64,000 nucleotides of DNA. Source: Eledone cirrhosa (lineage: Eukaryota). Below the pieces are notes generated by a model. It did no database searches. It saw nothing but the letters and a program-made list of their open reading frames with translations, and was not told the DNA's origin. The translations under genes were made by a program, and so were the position numbers. The stretch lies in contig OZ024740.1 in assembly GCA_964016885.1 (NCBI GenBank), positions 29,388,001-29,452,000 on the forward strand. Reading direction: 5' to 3'. Within the stretch, counting starts at the first letter, position 1; each line of letters opens with the position of its first letter. Shown here piece by piece: positions 40,426-54,120 of this stretch.

Positions 40426-40654
40426 GAATAATAAAAGCTTGAAAAGAGAAATCACTGTGAGAGAGGTGTGTGAGGAGAGGGGGAGGAGGGGAGGAGAGGG
40501 TGAGGGGGTGAAGGGAACTATTAAGTGTATATTGTAATAGATCGATAATGAATCACTGACTGTCATATAGGGTGGGGGTGGGGTGGTAGAGTTAAGGGTT
40601 GGTAGTGGGAGAGGGAGTGGTGGTAGGGGTGAGGGGTAAAGAGAGACTTTTGTA

Positions 40655-40967
40655 GTGGTGAGATGGTGCGGTGGTGGTGGTGGTAGTGGTAGTGGTTGTG
40701 GTGGTGGTAGTAGTGGTGGTGGTGGTGGTATGATGGTGTTGGTGGAGGTAGTGGGAGTGGTTGTGATGGTGGTGGTAGTGGTGGTAGTAGTGGTGGTGGT
40801 AGTGGTGGTGGTAATGGTGGTAGTGGTAGTGGTAAGGGATGGTGTTGATTGTGGTAGTGGTGGTGGTAGGGGCGGTAGTGGTGGTGGTGGTGGTGGTAGT
40901 GGTGGTAGTAGTAGTGGTGGTGGTGGTGGTAGTGGTAGTGGTGGTGGTGGTGGTAGTGGTGGTTACC

Positions 40968-41025
<58 letters not shown>
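40655..41025. repeat. (GGT/AGT)n followed by (GATA)n
   Basis: Direct reading. Confidence 0.95.
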
Positions 41026-41711
41026 GCAAAAACAAATAACTGCTTGGATCGATAGTGCAATGGGCAACGAGTTGGGGAAAAATGCATGGAAGAGTAACTG
41101 GATTAATATGATGGAAAGGGTGGAGAATGGAAGTGGGAAGGGTGAAAAGGGTGGCTTTGGTGGCCGGTTTGATGGTATGCATGCTTGCCCCATCACGGCT
41201 AAAGCTTGGCCATCCGGTTGAGTCACTCGGTTCACTATTGGCTGGTTGTAACATGGAATTTACATTAAGACAACAAACGCCCTCTTCACTCCTGCCCGCC
41301 CACCCAACCCGCACCCCGGTGGCCGACGAAGTCGTGTGCTGACATCAAAGTATTTATAAAACACCTTCTACCCCACTGCTCAGTTGACACAAAATATAGA
41401 CCACACACATATACACACACACACATATACACATACACACATACGGACGCATATATATACACATCACACATAAATACCCCAAAACAAATACATACACACA
41501 CGTATATATATATATATATATATACGCACGCATATACAAACACACGCACATATACACACACATATATACACACACGCGCATAAATATATACACACGCACT
41601 CAAACACACAGAGATACACAATCTATGACACACACACGAACACACATATACAAACACACAGACATGTAGACATATAGGGGTGTGTATGTATGTGTGTGTG
41701 TGTGTGTGTGA

Positions 41712-41885
41712 TTTAGACACAAGGCCAACAATTTATATATATTTTGTGAGGAGAAAGTCGATTAAATATGCCCCAGTTCGTTGCTGGTATTTTATTTTAT
41801 CGACCTCGTAAGGATGACGGGCAAAACCTACCTCGGCGGGATTTCAACTCAGAACATAAAGGGATGTAACTCTATGTCGCAAAGT
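41712..41885 (-). mobile_element. SINE family 1, diverged
   Basis: CACAAGGCCAAC...TTTTATCGACCTCGTAAGGATG...GGGATTTCAACTCAG. Confidence 0.8.
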
Positions 41886-41917
41886 GTGTCCATTATATAT
41901 ATATATATATATATATA

Positions 41918-42271
41918 CTAGCCGAATTACCCGCGCCTTGCTGCGTGTCACACATTTTTTTTGTGAGAAAATGATGATTGATTTTAAATCAGTGATATAA
42001 ATTATGGAGAAAAACTCTGCATTTCAATATTACTCAATGTAATGCGTGAAAAAGTTAGAAAACATTATTTTTTGTAATATATCAAATCAAAATTACATTA
42101 TTAAATCTTATTCTTATTTTGTTTCTTGTAAATAATTTTTTTTTAAAACATCAATTCAAAACTTGATCATTTCATTTTTGTGAAATTTCAGAATATATAC
42201 GATTATGGGGGTCTATCTCCAAAACCATAGGAGGAGTTCGTGAACAAACAAACAAACTGACAGGAACTACA

Positions 42272-42276
<5 letters not shown>
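41918..42276 (+). mobile_element. Helentron-like non-autonomous element
   Basis: Starts ACTAGCCGAATTACCCGCGCCTTGCTGCG; ends AGGAGGAGTTCGTGAAC(AAAC)n...CTTTATATA. Confidence 0.55.
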
Positions 42277-42327
<51 letters not shown>

Positions 42328-42371
42328 ATAAGAAACGGAGAATCAGTGGTACGAAGAATTAAAATTTATTA

Positions 42372-42466
42372 GACATATTACAATCGTTTCCCTGGCGACC
42401 AGCTCGAGGCACGATCGATGAAATGATCGAACCTAACTCTGAAATCGCAAGATCCTTAGATACGTC
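42372..42466 (-). ncRNA. degenerate hammerhead with long stem II, in inverted island 42323-42635
   Basis: GACGUAU CUAAGGA UCUUGCGA...UCGCCAGG GAAA CGAUUG UA/AUAUGUC: 7-bp stem I, G5 changed to A. Confidence 0.65.
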
Positions 42467-42656
42467 TCGACTCTTCGAAGCAGAGTTTCCAAATTTGGAA
42501 TATGTCTAATAAATTTTAATTTGTCGCGCCACTGTTTCTCCGTTTCTTATGTGATATTATACGCTGCTCTGTAAGAGCATCGAGTGCTCAAACGGCCTGC
42601 CGCATACGGACGCTTTAAACATCCCACACCAATTATATATATATATATATATATAT

Positions 42657-42810
42657 TTATAAATAAAATAACAGGATGCTGGACTGGTGTAAATCCTTGA
42701 AAAGTTTATTATACTATGATCATTTCAATGACCGGTCATTGAAATGATCATAGTATAATAAACTTTTCAAGGATTTATACCAGTCCAGCCTCCTGTTATT
42801 TTATTTATAA
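42657..42810. repeat. spacerless palindrome (77-bp arms) made of two hammerhead 3' halves
   Basis: Centre TGACC|GGTCA at 42733/42734; arms homologous to 55325-55375. Confidence 0.9.
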
Positions 42811-43232
42811 CTAGGAGAGGTACCCGGCGTTGCGCGGGTATTAAATAGCAGTTATGTATACCATTTATGTCAATACTTCAGTGCTGCTTCGAAAACTATA
42901 CTTTTACAAAATCATCGGCTTTTTCCAAAAGGGGTTCCTGCCACCAGTGGTCCCCTACCCAATATGTGCCAATTCTGAGAGTTCACATTCATCTGTAGGG
43001 CAAATGTAGCCCATGTGTCAAGTTTTGTGAAAATCGGTTGCGAATACCAGAAGTTATGACGTTTTTTTGCATTGCACTGCAGTGCTTCAGTCGACTCCAA
43101 AGAAGTGGTTAAAGGGGGTTATCTGCCGGGGGCTCTATAATCAATATCTGGAAAAATGAAAGTGCCCATGACCATAAGTAACCTATATCTTAAGTTTGGT
43201 GAAAATACTGTAGAAATGCATAAGGTTTACAC
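42810..43232 (+). mobile_element. Helentron-like element, copy of 31864-32275
   Basis: ACTAGGAGAGGTACCCGGCGTTGCGCGGG start and shared body; followed by (GT)n. Confidence 0.6.
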
Positions 43233-43249
43233 ACTTGCGCGCGGCGCAC

Positions 43250-43413
<164 letters not shown>

Positions 43414-43506
43414 ATTTGTGTGTGCGTATGTATGTGTATGTTCGTCGGCGCATACGTATGTACTGACCTAAATCTTCACTATTTACTTTTACTATGTTAA
43501 GGCAAA

Positions 43507-43617
43507 ATTCAAATCCCGTCGAGGTTAACTTTGCCTATCATCCTTACGGGGTCGATAAAATAAAGTACCAGTAATGTACTGGTTAATTGCTGGCCTTGTG
43601 CCAAAAGTAGAAACAAC
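43507..43617 (+). mobile_element. SINE family 1, 3' part
   Basis: TTCAAATCCCGTCGAGG...AAAAGTAGAAACAA. Confidence 0.85.
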
Positions 43618-43844
43618 TATTTTAATAACCTGTCATTTTCGTTTACAATTTTATTTACATCATTCTTAAATTCTGGGGCTGGAAATCATTCGGTTATTTT
43701 AAATAGAATATTAGTCTAACGACTCCATTTACACCATAAACTTAGTCTTGTCTTTGCATGAAATTGTTCTTCTCGGTCCACCGCGTCGTTTATACGTAGC
43801 ATAAATAGATAAGCAAATGACTCCATAAAAGGGAAATAACTCGT

Positions 43845-44032
43845 CTCTCATCTCTATATATACATTTGAACTGAAAAATCAATATATTACAAATTCGATT
43901 TTTGCACTTGGCGTGGGTCGATTTGAAAATTTTTTTGACCGATTTCTCCGCCCGATTTTCATCTATGAGTGTAGCAATTTCACCGAAATTTGAACGTACG
44001 GTTTAGGAGGAGATATGTGCCGACGGTTTTAG

Positions 44033-44079
<47 letters not shown>

Positions 44080-44138
44080 CCTTAGTTTTATATATATAGA
44101 CTAGCAGAAAACCACCCTGTGGGTGGTTTTCTGCTAGC
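43845..44138 (+). mobile_element. Helentron-like end followed by a fold-back of a Helentron start
   Basis: GTTTAGGAGGAGATA...(AGAC)n...TTTTATATATATAG, then palindrome CTAGCAGAAAACCACCC-TGT-GGGTGGTTTTCTGCTAG. Confidence 0.5.
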
Positions 44139-44641
44139 AAATCTAGTGTATATACTAATATTGTTGAGATTTGGATGAGAAATGTTTTCGGCACCACATG
44201 TTCACCGTCTCTCGGTGTGTCTTTTATGCATGTATAAATATAAATGCTATCTATACGGTGAAATCTTTGAAATAAATATATGATAAAACGAAAAAGGAGA
44301 AAAAGAGATTAGTGACGGAAATATAAACGTTATGATACATAAACGTTATGATATAACGATGGAAATGTATCTTCAAATGGTCCTTGGCATGGTGTCAAGT
44401 CAGAACCGCCTCGAACTGGTTACTTCTGGATTGTGCAAGGTGTCTCTATAGAAACCAGCGATTCCCTCGGCCTCAGTGACCAAAGTCAGTGGAGAGGGGA
44501 AGGTAATGTTTCTATAGCGACAGTGTTTCTCTTGGTAGTACCAAAGTGGAGAAAGGAAGGGGAAGGTAATATTTCTGTAGCACCTACATTTGAGTTTTAG
44601 GGAAGGACAGACAGACAAACAGAGAAATGCCCATATATTTC

Positions 44642-44680
<39 letters not shown>

Positions 44681-44706
44681 CACACACAGAAATGTATATA
44701 TATTTC

Positions 44707-44739
<33 letters not shown>

Positions 44740-44960
44740 TACACACACAGAAATGTATATATATTTCTGTGTGTATATATATATATTTTTGTGTGTGTAT
44801 ATATATATATATTACACACACAGAAATGTATATATATTTCTTAGAACAAAATTATTATTAATGTTTTGCTGTTCATAACAATTGGAATTGAAAAATTATT
44901 TTTGAAATTATTAGTTATTTTACTAATGCTTAGATATGTAAAAATGAAGCAATGTTTCTA

Positions 44961-45153
44961 ATAATTGTTTCTACTTTTGGCACAAGGCCAGCAATTATCC
45001 AGTACATTGCTGGTACTTTATTTTATCGACCCCGTGAGGATTAAAGGCAAAGTTAACCTCGGCGGTATTTGAACTCAGACCGTAAAGGGACGTAACTCCA
45101 TGCTATGAAGCATGGTGTCCGACTCTCTACAGATTCTGCCAATCCACCGCCCT
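44961..45153 (-). mobile_element. SINE family 1, full length
   Basis: Complete consensus match. Confidence 0.9.
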
Positions 45154-45581
45154 AATGTCTGTACGTAATGAGGGAGTGAGAGGGGAGAGAAAGAAAGGCA
45201 GAGGTGAAGTGACGAAGTGACTCTCTCCTCCTCCTCCTCCTCCTCCATCTCCCCATTCGTCACAGCGAAAGAGGGGAGGAATGTTAGTGTGTTACAAAGA
45301 GAAAGAGTGAGAGTGAGAGAAACAGACAGACTAAAAGAGAGGGATAGCTGGAGAGAGAGAGAGATAGCAACCACGCGCGCACGTGTTTCCACTGTCGGAC
45401 AGACAGACAGAGAAATTGCTGGTTATATATTATAAGGAGATAATTAACTCTGTATTAGCACCACCAACTACACAAACGAAGACGGGTGAACTGCACTACG
45501 TTGAGTACTCTCCATAATATTACATCAAGATTGACCATACGGAATGACCAATTATATCCAGTGGTGCACCAACAAAACTAA

Positions 45582-45673
<92 letters not shown>

Positions 45674-46102
45674 TTGAGGAGGGTCATATTGTTGTAATAT
45701 TGCCAGAAATAATAACAGAACACATTCACTGTTTGGTTGGAGTCACAAAATCCCATTAGTCCCTGTAATGAGGTCAAAGGAAAACGAATCCTGGGCTCTT
45801 CAAATATAATATAGAGAAGGTAACACACTAGAGAGTATGTTTATCAAGTTACAGGGAATACCACTAGCGTATGGAACCTCTAAACTAAGACAGGTGATAC
45901 ATTATAATTAAAAATATAAATTAGAATGATGAAAATCCACCTTTAAAATTATATATCACACACGTACAAACTCGGGGAGATTGTTTCGTCAGACAATCAG
46001 TCTTTGGAATGGACTCATCCAGGTTCATACTCGACCTCGACGTATTACCTGATGATTTCTCCCGAATGAAACAGTTCTAGTCCTGTAGAAGCCTTTTCTA
46101 TA

Positions 46103-46133
<31 letters not shown>

Positions 46134-46320
46134 GATAATTTAATATATCTACTAACATAAGCGCACAGATGTACGCTAATGCCAGCAAATACACAGGTTA
46201 TGTCATAGTACCTAGGTGGTTCAATGCAGGAGAATGCAGAACAATAATATAAAAGACGTAAAATAAGAACATTTTTTAAAAAAATTTTTTAAAAAATTAA
46301 CTTACTTACTTAAATTTTCA

Positions 46321-46400
46321 CTCCAACTAATTAGTTTCTGCAATGGGATAAAGACAGTTACGTAATGAACTGTTGAGAATTTCATTGCGTCATCAGGGAG
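46321..46400 (-). ncRNA. type I hammerhead ribozyme, 553-bp family
   Basis: CUCC CUGAUGA CGCAAUG...CAUUGCA GAAA CUAAUUAG UU/GGAG. Confidence 0.88.
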
Positions 46401-47299
46401 GTCATTCTCAGCCGAGTCTCCAGGCGATGCGCGGACACTGGGGACTCATATAAAAATAATAATAATTCGGTAAATGGAACAGCTATCGAGGACTGGATTC
46501 CAGCTACTGAAAATTCTCACTGCCACTGATCATATGGTCGATTCTAAAGAATCAATCACGTGACACAGAGGCTAGTCAGTAGGAATGGGATGGTAAGATG
46601 ACAGGCGCCTACTAACACCCCAAAAAAATTTTAGAAGTGGTTTTGGCAGGTTTGCTCGACAAATCAGTGATTTGGAGATAAATATAGATAATTTAATATA
46701 TCTACTAACATAAGCGCACAGATGTACGCTAATGCCAGCAAATACACAGGTTATGTCATAGTACCTAGGTGGTTCAATGCAGGAGAATGCAGAACAATAA
46801 TATAAAAGACGTAAAATAAGAAAATTTTTTTTTTAATTTTTTTTTAAAAATTAACTTACTTACTTACATTTTCACTCCAACTAATTAGTTTCTGCAATGG
46901 GATAAAGACAGTTCTCCTGCATTGAACCACCTAGGTACTATGACATAACCTGTGTATTTGCTGGCATTAGCGTACATCTGTGCGCTTATGTTAGTAGATA
47001 TATTAAATTATCTATATTTATCTCCAAATCACTGATTTGTCGAGCAAACCTGCCAAAACCACTTCTAAATTTTTTTGGGGGGTGTTAGTAGGCGCCTTTC
47101 ATCTTACCATCCCATTCCTACTGACTAGCCTCTGTGTCACGTGATTGATTCTTTAGAATCGACCATATGATCAGTGGCAGTGAGAATTTTCAGTAGCTGG
47201 AATCCAGTCCTCGATAGCCGTTCCATTTACCGAATTATTATTATTTTTATATGAGTCCCCAGTGTCCGCGCATCGCCTGGAGACTCGGCTGAGAATGAC

Positions 47300-47379
47300 C
47301 TCCCTGATGACGCAATGAAATTCTCAACAGTTCATTACGTAACTGTCTTTATCCCATTGCAGAAACTAATTAGTTGGAG
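47300..47379 (+). ncRNA. type I hammerhead ribozyme, 553-bp family, inverted arm
   Basis: CTCC CTGATGA (47304) ... GAAA (47362) CTAATTAG TT GGAG. Confidence 0.88.
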
Positions 47380-47444
47380 TGAAAATTTAAGTAAGTAAGT
47401 TAATTTTTTTTTTTAATTTTTTTTTTTAATTTTCTTATTTTACG

Positions 47445-47501
<57 letters not shown>

Positions 47502-47505
<4 letters not shown>

Positions 47506-47630
47506 AAAAGAGTTAGGCCCCTGACGGCGAGATCCGGCTGTTTCGCCAGAGCTGTCGAAATGGTCGGAGCTCAGCCGTCGGGATCCTGACTCTTTTCATA
47601 TTACCCACTCTGCAAAATACTAGTATTATC
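47502..47630. mobile_element. inverted island related to 30891 and 53923
   Basis: GAAAAGAGTTAGG...GACGGC inverted against GCCGTC...CTGACTCTTTTC, then ATTACCCACTCT. Confidence 0.6.
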
Positions 47631-48205
47631 ACTGCCTCCGTCTCTCTCCCTCTCCCCATCTCTCACACAGGCCCGGGGGACAGAATAGAGAAGGTGTTTC
47701 CCTGGAGGATGGTTAGGGAGGTGCGTTGGAAGGACCATTTCAGCTCGCAAGGCTCACACCTGCGGGTAGCCAACCCTGTCCCGATGGTGGTGAGTAGGGA
47801 GATGTTCCTAGGGCCAAGGACACCAGAAGTTTCCACTGCTACAGGCTAGACCACGAACCTGTAGGAGAGTTTTGTGTGTGTGTTCCAGCCAAGCAGCTAA
47901 GGCCATACTGGTGCACCACCACTACAGTTTTTACAGCCAGCCTTTCTTGATTGGCTATTGATGCAAAAGGGAGTTTGTTGCTGCTCTTATTTGTGCTTCG
48001 CCTCGTGCTGTGGGTTCACCCGGGATGTTGGTCAGTAGAATGTCGAGATTTCTCTTGAAACCAACTACATGTACACCATATAAGAACTCTCAGATTTTTC
48101 AGATTTTTTCACATCTCTGCGCATGAGCACATCATTCTTTACAGAAATAAGAAACTGGTTGAGTTTGTTGTCCGACGATAGTTTTACATAATGGGACTAA
48201 CCCTA

Positions 48206-48510
48206 ATAATTGTTTCTACTTTTGGCACAAGGCCAGCAATTACCCAGTGCATTACTGGTACTTTATTTTATCGACCCCGTAAGGATGAAAGGCAAAGTTA
48301 ACCTCGGCGGGATTTGAACTCAGAATGGCAAGGGCCGTAACTCTATGCATCAAAGAATGGCGTCAGACCCTCTACCGATAAATAATATTATATTTTCTCC
48401 ACAAATCCCGCTGAAGTTAACTTTGCCTTTCATCCTTACGGGGTCGATAAAATAATGTACCAGTAATGTACTGGGTTATTTCTGGCCTTGTGCCAAAAGT
48501 AGAAACAATT
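48206..48510. mobile_element. two SINE family 1 copies in opposite orientation (48206-48380 minus, 48403-48510 plus)
   Basis: Consensus match on both strands; TTATATTTTCTCCACAAA-like sequence flanks the second copy. Confidence 0.85.
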
Positions 48511-48952
48511 ATATATTTTCTCCACAAACTACCAAAACACACATCTATTTGTATATACGCTACAATTGACTGAAGGACATCTGACTGATAAAATGACAAG
48601 TCAGTCAATCATATTGGTGGCCGCCCCACAGCCCCGGCGGACAGAATGGAGAAGGCGTTTCCCCGGTGGACGGCATAAGTATATTTATAAAAGATGTCAT
48701 TTCTATAAATCCTGTGTTATATCTAGCATGTCAAATTAACTATCAGGCAGATACTCTCTAGTATTGACTAGTCATCGTGTAATTAACCAAAATCTTTAAT
48801 TATGTCTAAGGCTGTATGATGGAAGAGTTCGTTTGACCTCAGATATTGTGACCTCAGTACATTTAGCTTCATATCATCTGACCTCACATAGCGTGGAATT
48901 TCTTAATTTGGAGAGAGAGAAGTGGGAAGAAAGATCTTTACATTCATATTCT

Positions 48953-49400
48953 CACTACTACCACTACTACTACTACTTCTGCTACTACTATTACTAGTAC
49001 TACTACTACTGCTACTACTGCTGCTGCTACTGCTGCTGCTACTACTACTGCTGTTACTACAACTAGTACTACTACTTCTGCTACTACTATTACTAGTACT
49101 ACTACTGCTGCTACTACTGCTGCTGCTACTACTACTGCTGTTACTACAACTACTACTACTACTATTACTACCACTGCTACTACTACTACTGCTGCTACTG
49201 CTATTACTACTACTGCTACTACTACTACAACTTCTACTATTACTACTACCACTACAACAACAACAACTACTATTACTATTACTACTGCTACTACTACTGC
49301 CACTACCACCACTACTATTACTGCCATTCCTACCACTACTACAACTACTGCCACTACTACTACTACTACTACTACTGCCACTACCACAACTACACCAACC
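48953..49400. repeat. (CTA/CTG)n trinucleotide tract
   Basis: Direct reading. Confidence 0.95.
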
Positions 49401-49570
49401 ATGAGATACCTATCCATAGCCAAAATGTATGAATGATATTTACACTGTTGTTGTTATTGGTGATGTATGGGCGGAGATCTGTATGACTAGAGGTCAGCCT
49501 TGATTCAACAAAGATGTTCAGAAGCGTTCCAACCCTGACCATCCCGTCATTATATCAGTTGTCTATTTAT

Positions 49571-49758
49571 AATAATTGTTTCTACTTTTGGCACAAGGCC
49601 AGCAATTACCCAGTACATTACTGGTACTTTATTTTATCGACCCCTTAAGGATAAAAGGCAAAGTTAACCTCGGCGGGATTTGAACTCAGAATGATAAGGG
49701 CCGTAACTCTATGCTAGAAAGCATGGCGTCCGACCCTCTACCGATACTGCCAATCCAC
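49571..49758 (-). mobile_element. SINE family 1
   Basis: Consensus match. Confidence 0.9.
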
Positions 49759-50207
49759 AAATCTGTCATTCCATTTTTAACACAGTAGAGCAATGGTTCC
49801 AAACCATTTTGATGTCACTTTCCATGAAACATTTTCCACCCTCCACCTCTATAGTAAATATTTAAGAGTATACATTCCAAATGGGCATTTTTGGGGAGAA
49901 TTCTGCCCGCCGGGGTCACGGGGTGGCCAACGCGTGGGCCCCCATTTGGTTATAATAGTTAGAGACGGAGGTAGTGACTATACCAGCATTGCTGAAGTAT
50001 TTTGTAGAGTTACAGGTTAAGTGATTTTATTATATCTGTGTAGGACTATCGTAGTACGCTTGTTTGTACAAAAAACTGCAATAAAGACTATATGGGTAAC
50101 GTGATCACCTCGCAGTCATGAAATGCCGGATTGGATATCATTGCGTAATATCTTGGCCCAAGCCTTATGGGTAAAATTGCCTCAACGGAAATGGTTAACG
50201 GATTTAA

Positions 50208-50427
50208 CCCTTTAGCATTTATATTTCTCTATATATAATGTTATATTTTCACAGTAAACATTTTACCTCCCATAATATCTCACTTAATATCGAATCTATG
50301 AGATTTCAATATTATTTATTTTGAGAACAATATCTTAACAGCTGTATGAGTGGCCGGTTACGACCGGTTTGAACAAAAACATGTGCGAGAATTCTGGTCG
50401 GATACTGTCGTTTTAAATGCTAAAGGG
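50208..50427. mobile_element. piggyBac-like MITE
   Basis: Perfect 14-bp TIR CCCTTTAGCATTTA / TAAATGCTAAAGGG with TTAA on both sides. Confidence 0.85.
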
Positions 50428-51000
50428 TTAACAAAGGGCAAAGTGTAACGGTCATAAAACGTCAGTTTACCAACAAGTAATAAACCGTTGCCAGTTTTTT
50501 TAACTCTCACAAAACAATATGAGATATTTTATTGAAAGTAATGCAATAAGTAGAAACATCGAATATTTTGGCACACACATACCATGTTTATATATGGCAA
50601 AGTCACGTGAGACAGAGCTCAGCCTAGCCGAAGAATGCTAGAAAGAACTGTAGACTGATCGCTGTATCTACATTTTAACTTCTGGTTAGCAAAATGAGGA
50701 ACTAAAAAGACGATGCATCATCTTTAGTATTGAACTCTTTACATTGTGTTGTTTAAGATTTACGCTGACATAACTGCCAGTTGTACCTTTCAACGACCCT
50801 GAGAACCTTATTTTAGAAACGTCTTTTTTTTTAAAGTGATATTGCAAATATTTATCTTTGAATTCTTTATAATATTACTTATCGATTAGCTTAAATATTT
50901 TATATCCTTGGATACTGGGTCCGATTATTCTATTAATTATAAAAGACTATTTTTACTATTAATTTTTTATTTTATTATTTTCTAATTTTGGTGTATAAGC

Positions 51001-51092
<92 letters not shown>

Positions 51093-51095
51093 AGG

Positions 51096-51181
51096 GGTCT
51101 GACGAGCCGCGGATTTACAGAGTCGGGTCAGATTGAAACAGATCGAACCTTGAACTGATCAGTGGCGAAACGCGCGTCACC
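51096..51181 (+). ncRNA. type I hammerhead ribozyme with long stem II, in island 51092-51235
   Basis: GGU CUGACGA GCCGC...GUGGC GAAA CGCGCG UC/ACC, then AAUAAA; canonical GUC site. Confidence 0.85.
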
Positions 51182-51230
51182 AACCAATAAACGTAATGAA
51201 GGAGTAACCAATCGTCTTGTTATTTTTATT

Positions 51231-51316
<86 letters not shown>

Positions 51317-51362
51317 ATTAAGTCTATGCTAAGGTATATCAATATCTTAACAATAAATATTA

Positions 51363-51422
51363 TATTTTATCTGATGAAAGCACACAAAAACTTTGTGTCC
51401 TTGAAATACGTATATAAAAATA
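51363..51422 (+). ncRNA. hammerhead ribozyme, family P1 variant
   Basis: UAUUUUAU CUGAUGA AAGCACACAAA AAC UUUGUGUCCUU GAAA UACGUA UA UAAAAAUA; stem I imperfect. Confidence 0.75.
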
Positions 51423-51462
51423 AATATGGTATCATAAAGATATTTTCCATTTATTAATATTG

Positions 51463-51528
<66 letters not shown>

Positions 51529-51557
51529 TTTTTACGCTCGATATAATAGGAAAAGTG

Positions 51558-51593
51558 TCTTAACGTTTGGGACGGCAGTCCTTCATCAGAAAA
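51558..51593 (-). ncRNA. minimal hammerhead, G12 mutated (CAAA)
   Basis: UUUU CUGAUGA A GGAC UGCC GUCC CAAA CGUU AAGA; flanks homologous to 54180-54380. Confidence 0.65.
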
Positions 51594-52202
51594 TAAAAGA
51601 GAAATTAAAGAAGAAACAGAAAGATTGAGAAGACGGGCAAGGCGGCAAAAAAAAATTTAAAGAAAAAACAGGTCAGTTCATGTTCTCACCCCTTGGAAAA
51701 CTGTTGATCTTGGCGATTTGTGCATGATATACGGAGAGACAGGGGGAAAACACAGAGAACGAAAGCATAATTTGAGCACTTCCAATGATCTGTAGAATAG
51801 GAAATCGGAGATTTGGTTGCTATTTCTAGCAGGTTAAATCATCACCTACACATTCCCTTCGTTTACGAACGTGGGTTTTCTAAAATTAAACAACTCAGTC
51901 ATGGACACGAAGCAATACCACAGTACCTCTAACGAAGCACGAACTGTCAACTGTTTATACCAGCTTTATGTCAGATATTCTAACACTAACCCTTCACTTT
52001 TCACCTTTTTACTTATGTTTTTCTTCTATAGTTTTATTATTTTCGGTCCGTTTTTCTAAGTCGACATATAAACCGTACACTCTTTTTACTCCCCATCCCC
52101 CTCTCTCTCTGTCTCTCGCTCACACACACACACACACTCGCTCACTCTCTCTCTCTCTCACACACACACTCTCACTCTCTCTCCCTCTCACACACACACA
52201 TT

Positions 52203-52240
<38 letters not shown>

Positions 52241-53407
52241 CCCTTCATCTCTCAGTCTCTTTCTATATATATCTTTTCCCTTCATCACTCCCCACTCTCT
52301 CTCACGCTCGCTCGCTCTCTCTCCCCCCCCTCTCTCTCTCCCTCTCTCTCTGCTTACCGTTGATCTCTATTTTACAGTCACCCCCTCATTCTATATTACC
52401 CCCCCCTCCCCCTCTTACATCCCCATCACATCCAAATCAAACTAAATCTCAAATCGATCCCAAATACATTCCCCATCCCAAACAATATATAATCCTTTCT
52501 TTTTATAGACCATTCCGTAACGCTGAATCTCTTTTCCCACTCTTTCTATATGCGGTCGTCTGCTATAGCACGCCTTGCCATACAACCTCTTTACGCCATT
52601 TTACTTTTTACTTAACTCGTACTATTTTCCATTATCTTTATCCTTATCTTGTAGTTCATCTTGTTTTTTGTTTTTGTTTTTTCCTCATATTTCTTGCTTG
52701 AAAATCTAGTTGTTATTGTTGTTGCTGGGTGACATTGATGTTGTTGTTGTTGTTGTTAATGCTGCTATTGCTGTTACTGTTGTTGCTATCTTTTATCTTT
52801 CTATTGGTTTCGTTCAAAGTTATATTTATTACTACTGTTGCCTTGCCTTTCTTATATTTTTAGATTTGATAATCTTCCATAACTCTCTCTCTCTCTCTCT
52901 CTCTCACTCTCTCTCACTCTCTATATCTATCTCTCTCTCCCTCTCTCTCTCTCCCCCAACTCGCCATATTTCCCATCCGATATATTTTCATATATCTTTC
53001 GTCTTTAAATTCAGTCTTCTGTACGGAATGTTACACCCAAAACAACTACGTCAATACAAGACATTGGTGGAGAAAGTGGGAGGGTACAGTCGATTAGACT
53101 GGCCACAGTATATAACTGGTAGCCAATCCAATCCAAGACATTCTCACTCCTGTAGAGGGAACCCCTCTCTGGTTGACCTCCACTCATTTCTATTTGCTAT
53201 TGGTCATGTCTTCTGGGGTGTATTGGCCAATTGCGGGTTGGTGAGACTATTAAACCCATAGTTGAGGTGGATGGCAGTTGACTCTTAGGAGTTCATCCGC
53301 TCACTTATTTAACAGCTTTGTTTTTTGTGCTGCTGGGGTTCCACTTACCCTCCTCAATACACACACACACACACATATATATATTTTTTTGTTTGTTTGT
53401 CATTTTC

Positions 53408-54120
<713 letters not shown>

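Larger units (their letters stand above)
46131..47450. mobile_element. retrozyme/pLTR-like element, 553-bp monomer: 1.4 tandem copies plus ~1 inverted copy
   Basis: ATAGATAATTTAATATATCTAC at 46131 and 46684; inversion at ~46913; TA-flanked. Confidence 0.9.

Noticed and set aside
49786-49965. hAT-like MITE starting TAGAGCAATGGTTCC
   Set aside because: No convincing right TIR or 8-bp TSD found by eye.
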